64,000 nt of DNA from a virus (taxonomy: Duplodnaviria > Caudoviricetes). Position numbers and translations under genes: made by a program. The DNA is taken from IMG/VR virus record IMGVR_UViG_3300034061_004620, one strand, 5' to 3'. Shown here piece by piece: positions 10,063 through 19,396 of this stretch; the stretch's first letter is position 1; every line of letters starts with the position of its first letter. Under the pieces are notes generated by a model. The model had not been told where the DNA came from. It searched no databases and worked only from the letters and a program-made list of their open reading frames with translations.

Positions 10063-10506
10063 ATGAATATAAGAACATATCTAAATTTGTTTGAGGATGT
10101 TGGTATTAGTGAAGAATGGTTTACCAATGGATCATTTAAAACATACAAACAGCCGAATCCTGAACGCTATGAAATAGCAGAGGAAGATGGAGTTATTCAA
10201 ACGCTGGAAGGTCCTGTAAATTATAAACGAGGGTTTTATATTCTAACAGGGCCAAAAGGTGAACGGTATCCTATTCCGCCAGAGAAGTTTCGTGAGTTGA
10301 AAGACGACGCAGGTAATGGCATTTGTTATCCTAAAAAAATTATCAAAATTGCCAAACTTGCCGATCACGATGGTAGTGTTGCTACCAGCTGGGGCGAAAC
10401 ACTAAACTACCGAGCAGGTGAAGATTATATAGTGAGACACGGTCCCGGAGACTATGGCGTAGTAAAACAAGATATATTTGCAAAAACATATGTACAGGAA
10501 AAGTAA
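10063..10506 (+). CDS. PGDYG-family-like protein
   Basis: [13 protein letters not shown] and GPGDYGVV motifs. Confidence 0.6.
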   Translation: MNIRTYLNLFEDVGISEEWFTNGSFKTYKQPNPERYEIAEEDGVIQTLEGPVNYKRGFYILTGPKGERYPIPPEKFRELKDDAGNGICYPKKIIKIAKLADHDGSVATSWGETLNYRAGEDYIVRHGPGDYGVVKQDIFAKTYVQEK

Positions 10507-11633
10507 TGAGCGTATTTAATATTAACAACAAGAACAAACACACAGAATCGTTGGCATTCTTGGATGCATCCGGTGCACAACCTATTCAACGATACGATAC
10601 ACTAAAGTATAGACAGTTTGACAAACTCACCGACAAGCAGTTGGGCTTCTTTTGGAGACCAGAAGAAGTTGATGTACTTCGAGACAGCAAAGATTTCAAA
10701 GAACTTACCGAACATGAACAACATATTTTTACAAGCAATCTTAAGCGACAAATCCTTCTTGATAGTGTTCAAGGCCGTAGTCCTAACCTTGCTTTCCTTC
10801 CCATTGCTACTATTCCTGAGTTGGAAACTTGGATTCAAACTTGGGCATTTAATGAGACTATTCATAGCCGCAGTTACACTCACATTATTAGGAATGTTTA
10901 TAGTGATCCTTCTGTTGTTTTTGATGAGTTGACTGACATAGAAGAAATTGTAAATTGTGCCAAAGACATATCAAAATACTACGACGATCTTATAAGTTCC
11001 GTACAATACTACAACTTGTTGGGTCTTGGAACACATACAGTTAACGACAAACAAGTAACAGTTGACATGTATGACCTCAAGAAAAAACTATGGCTTTGTT
11101 TGAATAGTGTTAACGCTCTTGAAGGAATTCGCTTCTATGTTAGCTTTGCCTGTTCATGGGCATTTGCAGAACTAAAGAAGATGGAAGGCAATGCCAAGAT
11201 CATCAAACTGATTGCACGAGATGAAAATGTACACTTAGGGTCCACGCAAACCCTACTAAAATTGCTACCTCAGGATGATCCCGATTACATTCGCATCAAA
11301 GAAGAAACTCGTGCCGAATGTGAAGCAATGTTCTTATCAGCAGCAGCACAGGAAAAAGCCTGGGCACACTATTTGTTTAAAGATGGCAGCATGATTGGTC
11401 TCAATGAACAACTGTTGAGTCAGTATGTTGATTGGCTGACTTGCAAACGCATGACAGCCGTAGGATTGAATTGTGGTATGAAGCCGGGATCGAACCCTTT
11501 ACCATGGACTGCCAAATGGATTGCTGGTGCCGAAGTACAAGTGGCTCCACAAGAAACCGAAATTTCCAGTTATGTCATCGGCGGCACAAAACAGGATGTG
11601 GATAACAACACCTTCAAAGGATTCAGCCTTTGA
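10506..11633 (+). CDS. nrdB: Ribonucleotide reductase class Ia beta subunit
   Basis: [22 protein letters not shown] (radical Tyr), LEGIRFY, RDENVH. Confidence 0.97.
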   Translation: MSVFNINNKNKHTESLAFLDASGAQPIQRYDTLKYRQFDKLTDKQLGFFWRPEEVDVLRDSKDFKELTEHEQHIFTSNLKRQILLDSVQGRSPNLAFLPIATIPELETWIQTWAFNETIHSRSYTHIIRNVYSDPSVVFDELTDIEEIVNCAKDISKYYDDLISSVQYYNLLGLGTHTVNDKQVTVDMYDLKKKLWLCLNSVNALEGIRFYVSFACSWAFAELKKMEGNAKIIKLIARDENVHLGSTQTLLKLLPQDDPDYIRIKEETRAECEAMFLSAAAQEKAWAHYLFKDGSMIGLNEQLLSQYVDWLTCKRMTAVGLNCGMKPGSNPLPWTAKWIAGAEVQVAPQETEISSYVIGGTKQDVDNNTFKGFSL

Positions 11634-12472
11634 CAGCAAGGGCAGTATTTGTTGGTGGTTATAGAATGGGTCATGCATTAATGGCCTTTCAATTTGATCA
11701 TTTCCTTGAAGGATTAGATCTTACTTATATTGTGACCAATATCGCAGAAAAGCATTACCGTGCAGCACTATCCAAGTACAATCTTGACCCTAATAGATTT
11801 CAATATGTTAATGATCAGGAACTAATTGATCGGTATCCTCAAATTTTAAATTGGGATCAGCCGGGTGACTACCGAGGTACATGGTTAAGACAACAAGCAC
11901 TAAAAATTGCAAGTCTTGATTATTTTGATTTTGAAACCATTCTTATACAAGATCCAGACACATTTGCTGTACAACCTTATCGCTGCTTTGATGGATTAGT
12001 GCCAAACTTTTTTATTTTACCACGCATAACTCAAAGTAATGGATACTATTGGGCAATTGAAAAAGGATTAGGCATCAAAAGACAAACAAAAGACTGTTTT
12101 GTAAGTGAATTTATGCCTTTCTTGAAACAAGATTGGTATAGTATGCGAGAACTGTTAGAAACAAAACATAATAAACATTTCTTAGATGGCATTATTGACA
12201 ATTGCCAGAGAGAAAGTGGTACCAATTTAATTTGGTTCAGCGAATACGAATACCTCGCCAATTATGTTTTGACATGCAGACCAATCAACACAACTGTCCA
12301 GAAACGCTTTGAAATACGAAAACTGTCGGACATAGAACAACTTAATTCTCATGATTACAACTGTTATGTTGATGCGTGTCCAAGTCTTGATGACAGTATT
12401 ATGTATGAATTTACAACTGATACAGTGGTTGATTTTGACAAAATATATCATAGTATTGCATCAAGGATATGA
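11630..12472 (+). CDS. Nucleotide-diphospho-sugar transferase-like protein (DUF6492-like)
   Basis: [12 protein letters not shown] (DxD) and FSEYE motifs; TTG start. Confidence 0.5.
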   Translation: MTARAVFVGGYRMGHALMAFQFDHFLEGLDLTYIVTNIAEKHYRAALSKYNLDPNRFQYVNDQELIDRYPQILNWDQPGDYRGTWLRQQALKIASLDYFDFETILIQDPDTFAVQPYRCFDGLVPNFFILPRITQSNGYYWAIEKGLGIKRQTKDCFVSEFMPFLKQDWYSMRELLETKHNKHFLDGIIDNCQRESGTNLIWFSEYEYLANYVLTCRPINTTVQKRFEIRKLSDIEQLNSHDYNCYVDACPSLDDSIMYEFTTDTVVDFDKIYHSIASRI

Positions 12473-13632
12473 AACAGTTTAAATATAAGATATTTACTTT
12501 CTTACCTCCTCGTGGAGCTATTGATGTTATTCCAGACTGGCAGGGAGAAGATTATCCGCAATTTCAAATCACAGATAATTTACAAGAATGTTTGGACCAA
12601 CCATATCGTGTGGCCGCTGTTCCGGCTATGTTTAATCAACCTGGTGGTTATGCTTACAACAAAGAATTATGTGACATAGATTGGTCAAAGTTTGATCTTG
12701 TAATTTTATCAGATATTGAATACACTGATAATGATCTAATATTAAATTACTGTATCAAACGAAGCGGTATAAAAAATTATTTGATAGCACTTGGCGGTAT
12801 CAAAGACGATGTTGTAGATAGCAATTTTATTTACAGACCATGGTGGATGTTTCAACATATGCGGCTAAATCAATATCAAGAGGTAGGACACGAAAATAAA
12901 TTGTACAAATTTGATGCCTTACTTGGTGCAAGAAAAGCGCACAGATCTTATGTAATGGCAAGATTCCAAAACAATCAAGAACTATTGGATAACTCTATTG
13001 TAACTTACCGAGATATATTCCATGGACCGGGAGATAATTGGATATCAGATTTAGATCCTGGCAGGAATAATTCTATTATAAAAGAAGCCAACGATATTGC
13101 TAATAATAAAATTGCTTGGCCATATGTGTCACCAAACATGAATCCTGACTGGGAAGTGGCCAAACAGTTGTATAGAGAAATCAGCGAAATAACTCCCTGG
13201 AATATTTACAAGCACACATGGTTTAGCATATGCTGTGAAACTTTATATTCCAATCCTGCACCTACTGCTAAAGATAGGCCAGGTCCGCATTTTATTACTG
13301 AAAAAACTACCAAGTTACTTTTAGCAAAACGTCTGTTTGTAATGTTTGGCCCCATGCACACACTCAAGTTTCTAAAAAGTCTTGGATTTCAGACCTTTGA
13401 ATCAGTAATAGATGAAAGTTACGATGATTGTGACAATGCTTTAGAGAGATTTAAACGTGCATTTGATCAAGTGGAATATCTTGCTTCTTTATCACCTGCT
13501 TGTGTTTTAGAGATGACCAAAGATATTAGAGAACACAATCATAATCATTTGTATACATATAGAAAACAAATCAAGAACAAAATGCACCAAATGATACTTG
13601 ATAAAATACCCGAGCAACATAAATTTGATTAA
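12469..13632 (+). CDS. Glycosyltransferase-like protein, paralogue 1 of 3
   Basis: C-terminal ET...TEK...GFQTF...IDESYD block shared with 31932-33167 and 43704-44828. Confidence 0.5.
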   Translation: MKQFKYKIFTFLPPRGAIDVIPDWQGEDYPQFQITDNLQECLDQPYRVAAVPAMFNQPGGYAYNKELCDIDWSKFDLVILSDIEYTDNDLILNYCIKRSGIKNYLIALGGIKDDVVDSNFIYRPWWMFQHMRLNQYQEVGHENKLYKFDALLGARKAHRSYVMARFQNNQELLDNSIVTYRDIFHGPGDNWISDLDPGRNNSIIKEANDIANNKIAWPYVSPNMNPDWEVAKQLYREISEITPWNIYKHTWFSICCETLYSNPAPTAKDRPGPHFITEKTTKLLLAKRLFVMFGPMHTLKFLKSLGFQTFESVIDESYDDCDNALERFKRAFDQVEYLASLSPACVLEMTKDIREHNHNHLYTYRKQIKNKMHQMILDKIPEQHKFD

Positions 13633-13658
13633 ATACAGAATTACAATTAAAATATATC

Positions 13659-13910
13659 ATGATTACAATTTATTCTAAAAACAATTGTCCTTTTTGTGAC
13701 AGAGCAAAACAATTATTAGAAAGCAAGGCAGTTCCTTTTAACGAAATTAACATCGAGAACGATGCAGAATCGAGGCAGATGTTGTTAGATAAAGGCCTAA
13801 GAAGTGTACCACAAATATTTCACGGTTATGAATTAATCCCTGGAGGATTTAATGGTTTACAAAAACAATCAGCAGACTTTTTTGAAAAGGTAAAAAATGT
13901 TAGTAACTAA
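13659..13910 (+). CDS. Glutaredoxin
   Basis: CPFC active site, RSVPQIF, GGF. Confidence 0.93.
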   Translation: MITIYSKNNCPFCDRAKQLLESKAVPFNEINIENDAESRQMLLDKGLRSVPQIFHGYELIPGGFNGLQKQSADFFEKVKNVSN

Positions 13911-14208
13911 AGGTTATCAAGCAGGCGACATTGTGAGTTTTAAATTGATCACAGGCGACGAAGTGGTCGCTAAAGTGGTTGATGCCGGCACACTGGGTTT
14001 TGAAGTGTCTAAACCTTGCACAGTCATGCCCGGAGCACAAGGCATTGGGTTGATTCAAAGTTTATTTACTGCCGATGCAGATGTAAATGTTGTTTTAAAT
14101 AAAGATCATGTGATCATGCATGCGCCAGCAATAGACGCTATGCAAAAACACTATATCAAAACTACAACAGGCATAGAACCTGTCACAAGAGGCAGCATAG
14201 TTGTATGA
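13897..14208 (+). CDS. Small beta-rich protein, possibly Sm-like fold
   Basis: IVSFKLITGDEVVAKV pattern. Confidence 0.45.
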   Translation: MLVTKGYQAGDIVSFKLITGDEVVAKVVDAGTLGFEVSKPCTVMPGAQGIGLIQSLFTADADVNVVLNKDHVIMHAPAIDAMQKHYIKTTTGIEPVTRGSIVV

Positions 14209-14417
14209 CGCACAAATTCGTAATCATGGTAAATGGTCAACTTAACACTTACTCTAATTACGAGGATATTCCCGACAAGTTTGATCATGTGATTGAGTTT
14301 CGCCCAGAAATTTCAGCAGGTCCACATACCGAGGACGAACATGAACAAATTGCCACGTGGAACGATAAATTGCAACTATTGATACAAAAGGAGACTGCGA
14401 GATTTGGCAACAATTAG
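14205..14417 (+). CDS. Hypothetical protein
   Basis: 70 aa ORF with ATGA overlap. Confidence 0.6.
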   Translation: MTHKFVIMVNGQLNTYSNYEDIPDKFDHVIEFRPEISAGPHTEDEHEQIATWNDKLQLLIQKETARFGNN

Positions 14418-14865
14418 TCCAACAGTGCTTACTGCTGTAGATTTTAATCAAACGTTCAGTCAAACAGTAAACGTTAACCCTGGCATGCTTGAAACTATCA
14501 CGTCGGTGACTGCAACACTGGTTGGAGCTCCATTGGAACCTAATATCAGTATAAGTGTAAATGCCAATGTGGTCACAATCAGCGGCAAATATATGGCCAC
14601 CTTTACGGATGAGTTCAGTTACCTGGAACCAGGTGCAACAGGAGTGGGTTTGACACCCACAGTAGTCACTGGACTGTTTAATATGCCACCTGATAAAAAT
14701 CTATTCAAATTGGATCAAGACAGCCGACAATCTGAAACCAGAACCTACAATATTGTGGTCAACAGTTCCAGTGGATCAAACACCATTCCAATTACGCAAT
14801 TGGTCTTAAATACATTAGAAACCATGAGATTGTTTATGGATACATACAATTATAAAGCGAGTTAA
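14404..14865 (+). CDS. Putative virion/baseplate-associated protein
   Basis: Thr/Val-rich beta protein directly before PAAR gene; TTG start. Confidence 0.5.
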   Translation: MATISPTVLTAVDFNQTFSQTVNVNPGMLETITSVTATLVGAPLEPNISISVNANVVTISGKYMATFTDEFSYLEPGATGVGLTPTVVTGLFNMPPDKNLFKLDQDSRQSETRTYNIVVNSSSGSNTIPITQLVLNTLETMRLFMDTYNYKAS

Positions 14866-14868
14866 ACT

Positions 14869-15159
14869 ATGCCGGCAGTGACACGAATTGGAGACGCAGA
14901 TGTAACCCATTGTTCCGACATGGTGAGAGCACAAGGGTCGTCTGATGTATTTGTTAATAACATACCTGTGAGCAGACAAGGAGATGTAAACACTGTTCAT
15001 TTGGTGCCGGGTAGCCCATGTCCATCCCATGCAGCGGCCATTACAATAGGATCAACTACAGTATTTGTAAATGGAAAAGGTATTGGAAGAGTAGGTGATG
15101 CTATCACAGGTTGTACCTCTGTAGCACAAGGATCACCAGATTTTTTTTCTGGGCCTTGA
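14869..15159 (+). CDS. PAAR spike-tip protein (T4 gp5.4-like)
   Basis: PAVTRIGD...HC, VFVNNIPVSRQGD, VFVNGKGIGRVGD repeats with His/Cys ligands. Confidence 0.92.
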   Translation: MPAVTRIGDADVTHCSDMVRAQGSSDVFVNNIPVSRQGDVNTVHLVPGSPCPSHAAAITIGSTTVFVNGKGIGRVGDAITGCTSVAQGSPDFFSGP

Positions 15160-15180
15160 ACCATAAACTGCCCATTTAAC

Positions 15181-15209
15181 TTGTAAAAAACCAATAAAAT
15201 TGTTATAAT
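15181..15209 (+). promoter_or_regulatory. Sigma70-type promoter
   Basis: TTGTAA-17 bp-TATAAT. Confidence 0.65.
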
Positions 15210-15295
15210 ATACCTTTATTATGGGGTTATAGCAGTTGTTTTCTTCAAAATATCAACGTTATATAAAACTACAACCTTATAAAGGAGGAAAAAAG

Positions 15296-15850
15296 ATGAG
15301 ACAACATTTGCCTAACATAGCAAAATTTGTATCAATCGTTTTTGGTATGTGGCTTGCTACATACACCTTGGTAGAGGTCACCAAAAACAAATTTGAATCA
15401 CTCAAGGCCGAAAAGGCCGAGATGGCTGCTGTGCATCCGGTAACTGGAGAAGAAAGATCTCGCCAGCTACGATGCCTTACGCAGAACATTTATTGGGAAG
15501 CCGCCAGCGAACCATTTGAAGGTAAAGTCGCTGTGGCTCAAGTAACAATCAATCGCGCTAATAGTAGCCAGTTTCCCAATGATATCTGTGCAGTCGTATA
15601 TCAGAAAAATGTATTCTACTCACGAGTAGTTTGCCAGTTCTCTTGGTACTGCGATGGTACTCACAGAGTACGTCCTGTTTATCAACCCTTGTACAACGAA
15701 AGTGCAGAAGTTGCTAAAAAAGTATTACTGGAAAATTTTAGACTACCCAGTCTCAAAAATGCAATGTATTATCATGCTGACTATGTTCAACCAGGGTGGG
15801 GTAAAAAACCCATTGCCAAAATTGGGCGCCATATCTTTTATGGTAGTTAA
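15296..15850 (+). CDS. Cell wall hydrolase, SleB/Hydrolase_2 family, with N-terminal TM anchor
   Basis: CLTQNIYWEAASEPFEGKVAVAQVTINR, CQFSWYCD, YYHADYV, IGRHIFY; SD AGGAGG at 15283. Confidence 0.9.
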   Translation: MRQHLPNIAKFVSIVFGMWLATYTLVEVTKNKFESLKAEKAEMAAVHPVTGEERSRQLRCLTQNIYWEAASEPFEGKVAVAQVTINRANSSQFPNDICAVVYQKNVFYSRVVCQFSWYCDGTHRVRPVYQPLYNESAEVAKKVLLENFRLPSLKNAMYYHADYVQPGWGKKPIAKIGRHIFYGS

Positions 15851-15864
15851 GCAGGATAGTGTAA

Positions 15865-16242
15865 ATGCCAATTTTAACTTCAACAACAAAATCTAAAACA
15901 ATGGAAACTTCAAATAAAACTGATTCGAAAAAAATTGATTTTGATCGCGTTAAGCAAAGTGTGGTAGAGTTCTTCTCTACCCACTTTAGCAAAATCTCCG
16001 CAGAAACAATGGGATGGTTGGCGGCTATTGCTTTACATGCTGCCACTGTACCTACTTTACTTGCATTACTAACCGGACTAACAGATTCTACACCAAGTGT
16101 GGATGTTATTTTGTTTATGTGGTTAGGACTTGTGTTACTTTTTGGTCGAGCTGTAATTCTAAAAGATTTACTCAATATCGTAACAATTGGGCTGGGTTTT
16201 GTAATCCAGGCTGTACTAATGGCCTTGATCCTGTTCAAATAA
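15865..16242 (+). CDS. 3-TM membrane protein, possibly SemiSWEET/PQ-loop-like
   Basis: Three hydrophobic helices with Pro after TM1. Confidence 0.45.
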   Translation: MPILTSTTKSKTMETSNKTDSKKIDFDRVKQSVVEFFSTHFSKISAETMGWLAAIALHAATVPTLLALLTGLTDSTPSVDVILFMWLGLVLLFGRAVILKDLLNIVTIGLGFVIQAVLMALILFK

Positions 16243-16273
16243 TCCATAAATACTCGTAGAACAGGAGGCAGCG

Positions 16274-16498
16274 ATGACCAAACGTGCCGAAATTGAAATC
16301 GAAGAAGTAGCATACAGCATAGAAGACGAAATTGGAGAAGAAGACTACGGTTTCGTCTTTGATGCAGACGGTAATTTAAAGTTTGCATTTATTCCTGAAA
16401 TCGTTCCTGACAAACCACCTAAAAACATCACCAAAATAATGAAGATCTTGGGTGTTATTGATTTAGCACAATTCCACGAAGACTTAACAATTCATTAA
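16274..16498 (+). CDS. Acidic hypothetical protein
   Basis: SD AGGAGG; ATAAATA upstream. Confidence 0.7.
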   Translation: MTKRAEIEIEEVAYSIEDEIGEEDYGFVFDADGNLKFAFIPEIVPDKPPKNITKIMKILGVIDLAQFHEDLTIH

Positions 16499-16510
16499 CA
16501 TTTTGTTCGC

Positions 16511-16539
16511 TTGACCAAAAAGATCCTTTTTGCTATACT
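16511..16539 (+). promoter_or_regulatory. Sigma70-type promoter, probably leaderless
   Basis: TTGACC-17-TATACT; ATG 7 nt after the -10 box. Confidence 0.7.
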
Positions 16540-16545
16540 AAGAGC

Positions 16546-16773
16546 ATGAAAAAGGACATGACATTTTATCTTAAGTGGCTTGCAACTTTAGTAACAATTG
16601 CAGGAGCCATTTGCACTTCTATTAACCTTTACCCATTGGGCCCGGCCCTGCTTAACTTTGGCGCCTTACTGTGGCTCATTGTTGCAATAAAATGGCGAGA
16701 GTGGAGTCTTATTGTTATAAATGCAACACTTCTTGCAATTTATACAATAGGACTTGTTATTAAATTGTTATGA
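16546..16773 (+). CDS. 3-TM membrane protein
   Basis: Three hydrophobic segments in 75 aa. Confidence 0.65.
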   Translation: MKKDMTFYLKWLATLVTIAGAICTSINLYPLGPALLNFGALLWLIVAIKWREWSLIVINATLLAIYTIGLVIKLL

Positions 16774-16850
16774 TTTGGATAGTTATAATTTTTGCAATAC
16801 TGGCTATTTGGGCTTACTTTGCCCACAACGACGACAACAATCATTACTAA
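16770..16850 (+). CDS. 26-aa single-TM peptide (not in ORF track)
   Basis: MIWIVIIFAILAIWAYFAHNDDNNHY*; ATGA overlap with previous stop. Confidence 0.45.
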   Translation: MIWIVIIFAILAIWAYFAHNDDNNHY

Positions 16851-16854
16851 AATA

Positions 16855-16934
16855 GCAACAGATCTTTTGGTAGACCAAAAATACCCATTTCTGTATAATA
16901 TAGGTATAGTAACTAATAAGGAGCGTAACAAATG
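16855..16934 (+). repeat. Early promoter/RBS cassette, copy A
   Basis: GCAACA..TTTTGGTAGACC-17-TATAAT..GGTATAGTAACTAATAAGGAGCGTAA; near-identical to 57885-57965 and 61821-61898. Confidence 0.85.
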
Positions 16935-17204
16935 AGAACAGCATTCGAAGGTCTTACTACTCAAGAAATCCGCCAAGTTTCAATGTACGGTTGCACCGAA
17001 GCGCAGATGCGCGAAGCAGTAGAGAGCAGCAGCACTTTCAAGTTCAGCGGCCCTGCAATGATCGCTGCCAGTATGATGAGCGATGCACAAGAAATGATTA
17101 GCACCGAATACGGTGAAGTTGATTTCAACCGTGCCGAAGATGCACGCCAACAGCTGAATCGTGCCAAGTGGGTTCTGTTCACTTATGTTATGGACAAGGA
17201 GTAA
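16932..17204 (+). CDS. Early hypothetical protein
   Basis: First ORF after cassette A; SD AAGGAG. Confidence 0.75.
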   Translation: MRTAFEGLTTQEIRQVSMYGCTEAQMREAVESSSTFKFSGPAMIAASMMSDAQEMISTEYGEVDFNRAEDARQQLNRAKWVLFTYVMDKE

Positions 17205-17208
17205 TTGT

Positions 17209-17358
17209 ATGGCTGACCAAACTTTGCTTGATGTATTGTACAACGAGCTGATCAATCTTGACGAGATGGCCGGATGTTTTGACGAGATGACAAATATTGC
17301 CATAGACTTTCAGCGAGAGAAACTTTTTAAACAGATCAGAGAGTTGGAGGCAGCATGA
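17209..17358 (+). CDS. Early hypothetical protein
   Basis: MADQTLLD... start at 17209 after SD AAGGAG. Confidence 0.65.
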   Translation: MADQTLLDVLYNELINLDEMAGCFDEMTNIAIDFQREKLFKQIRELEAA

Positions 17359-17747
17359 TGCTTGACCGTAAAGTAAATTTTATTACCAAAACCGACGGTC
17401 GAGGCTACTGGTCTAACACAGTCAAGACCGTACCAATCAATCGTGTGCGTTTGGCCTACATTGATGAAGACGGCACATTTGGTGAGCTCAGGGCATACTT
17501 TGATACTAAAGAATGGGACGTTGATGCAGATGGTCTAATTTACACTGACATGATGTGGAAGCACAGTTTCCTGACTTGCATGGAAAATGTCATGGGATTC
17601 AGCCCGGACGCTATCCTTGATGTTAGTTACAGCGAGATGGGCATGCAAGGTGAAAATTATGTGAGCATGGACGTAGGCGCACAGTTTCTATTAGAGTGCA
17701 ATGCACTGTATCGATTCACAGTACACAAAGAAGCAGTAAATAGCTAA
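17355..17747 (+). CDS. Early acidic hypothetical protein
   Basis: 130 aa; SD GGAGG. Confidence 0.7.
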   Translation: MMLDRKVNFITKTDGRGYWSNTVKTVPINRVRLAYIDEDGTFGELRAYFDTKEWDVDADGLIYTDMMWKHSFLTCMENVMGFSPDAILDVSYSEMGMQGENYVSMDVGAQFLLECNALYRFTVHKEAVNS

Positions 17748-17749
17748 TC

Positions 17750-17896
17750 ATGAAAAAGATTGTAAAAATACCGTATCAAAAGACTCGAGCACATCGTGTG
17801 TTGTTCGAAGCTGGCTCACCATTCAAGAGCCGTACGGTAGAAAACAAACGGCAGTTCAAACGACAACCCAAGCATCGCAAGCAGGAGGCAGCATGA
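17750..17896 (+). CDS. ArfA-like basic peptide, 48 aa (not in ORF track)
   Basis: MKKIVKIPYQKTRAHRVLFEAGSPFKSRTVENKRQFKRQPKHRKQEAA*; F-x-x-R-x3-N-K-R...R-x-x-K-H as in ArfA. Confidence 0.5.
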   Translation: MKKIVKIPYQKTRAHRVLFEAGSPFKSRTVENKRQFKRQPKHRKQEAA

Positions 17897-18099
17897 CCGC
17901 AGGCTGGATCTTGATTATTGCATTGCATACCACCAGTGGTCAATTTGTTGACAAGTTTGAACTTGGGCCTTTTGCTACCAAGAAAGCCTGTATGGCTACT
18001 AAAATTTCTGGACTTAATCAGTTCAAGAAAAATAAAGTGTGTGTCACAGTAGCCCACTGGGAAGGACGTGATATTGATTCTGGTGTAGCACCCGACTAA
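17893..18099 (+). CDS. Small two-Cys protein, family copy 1
   Basis: WILII...F-x-T-x3-C...VC. Confidence 0.6.
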   Translation: MTAGWILIIALHTTSGQFVDKFELGPFATKKACMATKISGLNQFKKNKVCVTVAHWEGRDIDSGVAPD

Positions 18100-18109
18100 G
18101 GAGATCAAA

Positions 18110-18322
18110 ATGGAACCCAAAGACTTTAGTAATACTTTTAACCGAGCGCGACAAGAAATACGTTATGCTCAAGGGTTAGGACGCAAGCGTCAGATTATCA
18201 ATCGACAACTTGAGGAACTGCATTCTATACATATGGAAATGATAGAAGGTGCAGTGCAGGCAAAAGAAGCTCAAGGTTTTCCGGAAGCTAATCAACTTAT
18301 TGATCATATTAGGGCACTGTAA
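18110..18322 (+). CDS. Hypothetical protein
   Basis: SD AAGGAG. Confidence 0.7.
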   Translation: MEPKDFSNTFNRARQEIRYAQGLGRKRQIINRQLEELHSIHMEMIEGAVQAKEAQGFPEANQLIDHIRAL

Positions 18323-18606
18323 TGGATATTGATAAATTGGTAGATAATATTCTCGAAGATCGTATTGCTATTACAGATCTGGATATTCCGCAAATGGAAG
18401 CTGTGATTGATTTCATGCGCGAGCACGTAGCTAACATCGACAATGATGAGTATAGAGAAGCACTAATGTGTCTGGTTGATGCAATAGAAATTTCAGCCGA
18501 AAACAGATTTGTTAACGAAGCAGCAGGTGCCTGGGACGAAACCATTGAAGCCAGTGTTGCCCGCGGCAATAGCTATTTTGAACTTGAAAATTATGTAGTA
18601 CAGTAG
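18322..18606 (+). CDS. Acidic hypothetical protein
   Basis: TAATG coupling; followed by terminator. Confidence 0.7.
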   Translation: MDIDKLVDNILEDRIAITDLDIPQMEAVIDFMREHVANIDNDEYREALMCLVDAIEISAENRFVNEAAGAWDETIEASVARGNSYFELENYVVQ

Positions 18607-18633
18607 TATGTGGTGCTCCTTAGGCAGTATTTT

Positions 18634-18658
18634 AACCCGCTTCGGCGGGTTTCTTTTT
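18634..18658 (+). terminator. Intrinsic terminator
   Basis: AACCCGC-TTCG-GCGGGTT then TCTTTTT; CTAAATA late promoter follows at 18660. Confidence 0.9.
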
Positions 18659-18671
18659 GCTAAATACTCTT

Positions 18672-18971
18672 ATGAAGATCACAGATATTATCCGCAGCGT
18701 ATTAGATGTTATAGATAATGCAGAAGCTCCTGCAGAACCTGCTCTGGCCATTACCGTACAAGTTGATCCTGAACAAGAAATGCAGGACATGCAGCGTTTG
18801 GCTGGAATTTTAGATCTCGAAGATGCAGAATTTGCCAACGAACCAAACACTATTGTAGCACCAATGGGTGCTGCTTTCCCAGCCGGGGATGATGTACATC
18901 ACAGCAAAAACCCTGCAGACATTAGAACTAATGCACCCAGCATGTTTCCCGGATATCAGGCAAGGATGTAA
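18672..18971 (+). CDS. Late hypothetical protein (MKITDII N-terminus)
   Basis: ATG 6 nt after CTAAATA. Confidence 0.65.
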   Translation: MKITDIIRSVLDVIDNAEAPAEPALAITVQVDPEQEMQDMQRLAGILDLEDAEFANEPNTIVAPMGAAFPAGDDVHHSKNPADIRTNAPSMFPGYQARM

Positions 18972-18973
18972 CC

Positions 18974-19393
18974 GTGGCTAATATTACAATCACAGTTCAG
19001 AGTTTACTTAATACAGCAGTATATAATAGCTATACCATTGACAATGGTCAAACCATTGACCAGCTTAAAACAGCCGTCAATTCAGCGCGAGGTTTTAATA
19101 GTAGTTGGTATAATATAGTTCTAAATGAACATGTGGTATCGGGATCAGCTACCTTGGCAAGTTTGGGCATTGTGTCTGGGACCAGGCTCAGAACAGCAAA
19201 TGTCATTGATAGGTTAGCTACAAAAGAATTACGACAAAAAGCCAAATTAGACTTATCGGAACTTGACCGAACAGCAGACGGTAATCCAAGATCAACTTAT
19301 GATATAACAGAGTTGCCCACACAATACAGCGGCAATAACATTGTTGATAATCCACAACCCAACGGATTGATTTTGGGAAGACCTTGGATATAA
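18974..19393 (+). CDS. Ubiquitin-like (beta-grasp) domain protein
   Basis: I-x-V-x-S-L...TIDQLK...G...IV...TLASLGI..T-x-L spacing mirrors ubiquitin; GTG start. Confidence 0.5.
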   Translation: MANITITVQSLLNTAVYNSYTIDNGQTIDQLKTAVNSARGFNSSWYNIVLNEHVVSGSATLASLGIVSGTRLRTANVIDRLATKELRQKAKLDLSELDRTADGNPRSTYDITELPTQYSGNNIVDNPQPNGLILGRPWI

Positions 19394-19396
19394 TTT

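Noticed and set aside
7764-11633. Intein, intron or homing endonuclease in nrdA/nrdB
   Set aside because: Both ORFs are full length and uninterrupted with all catalytic motifs; the intervening ORF has no HNH/GIY-YIG/LAGLIDADG motif
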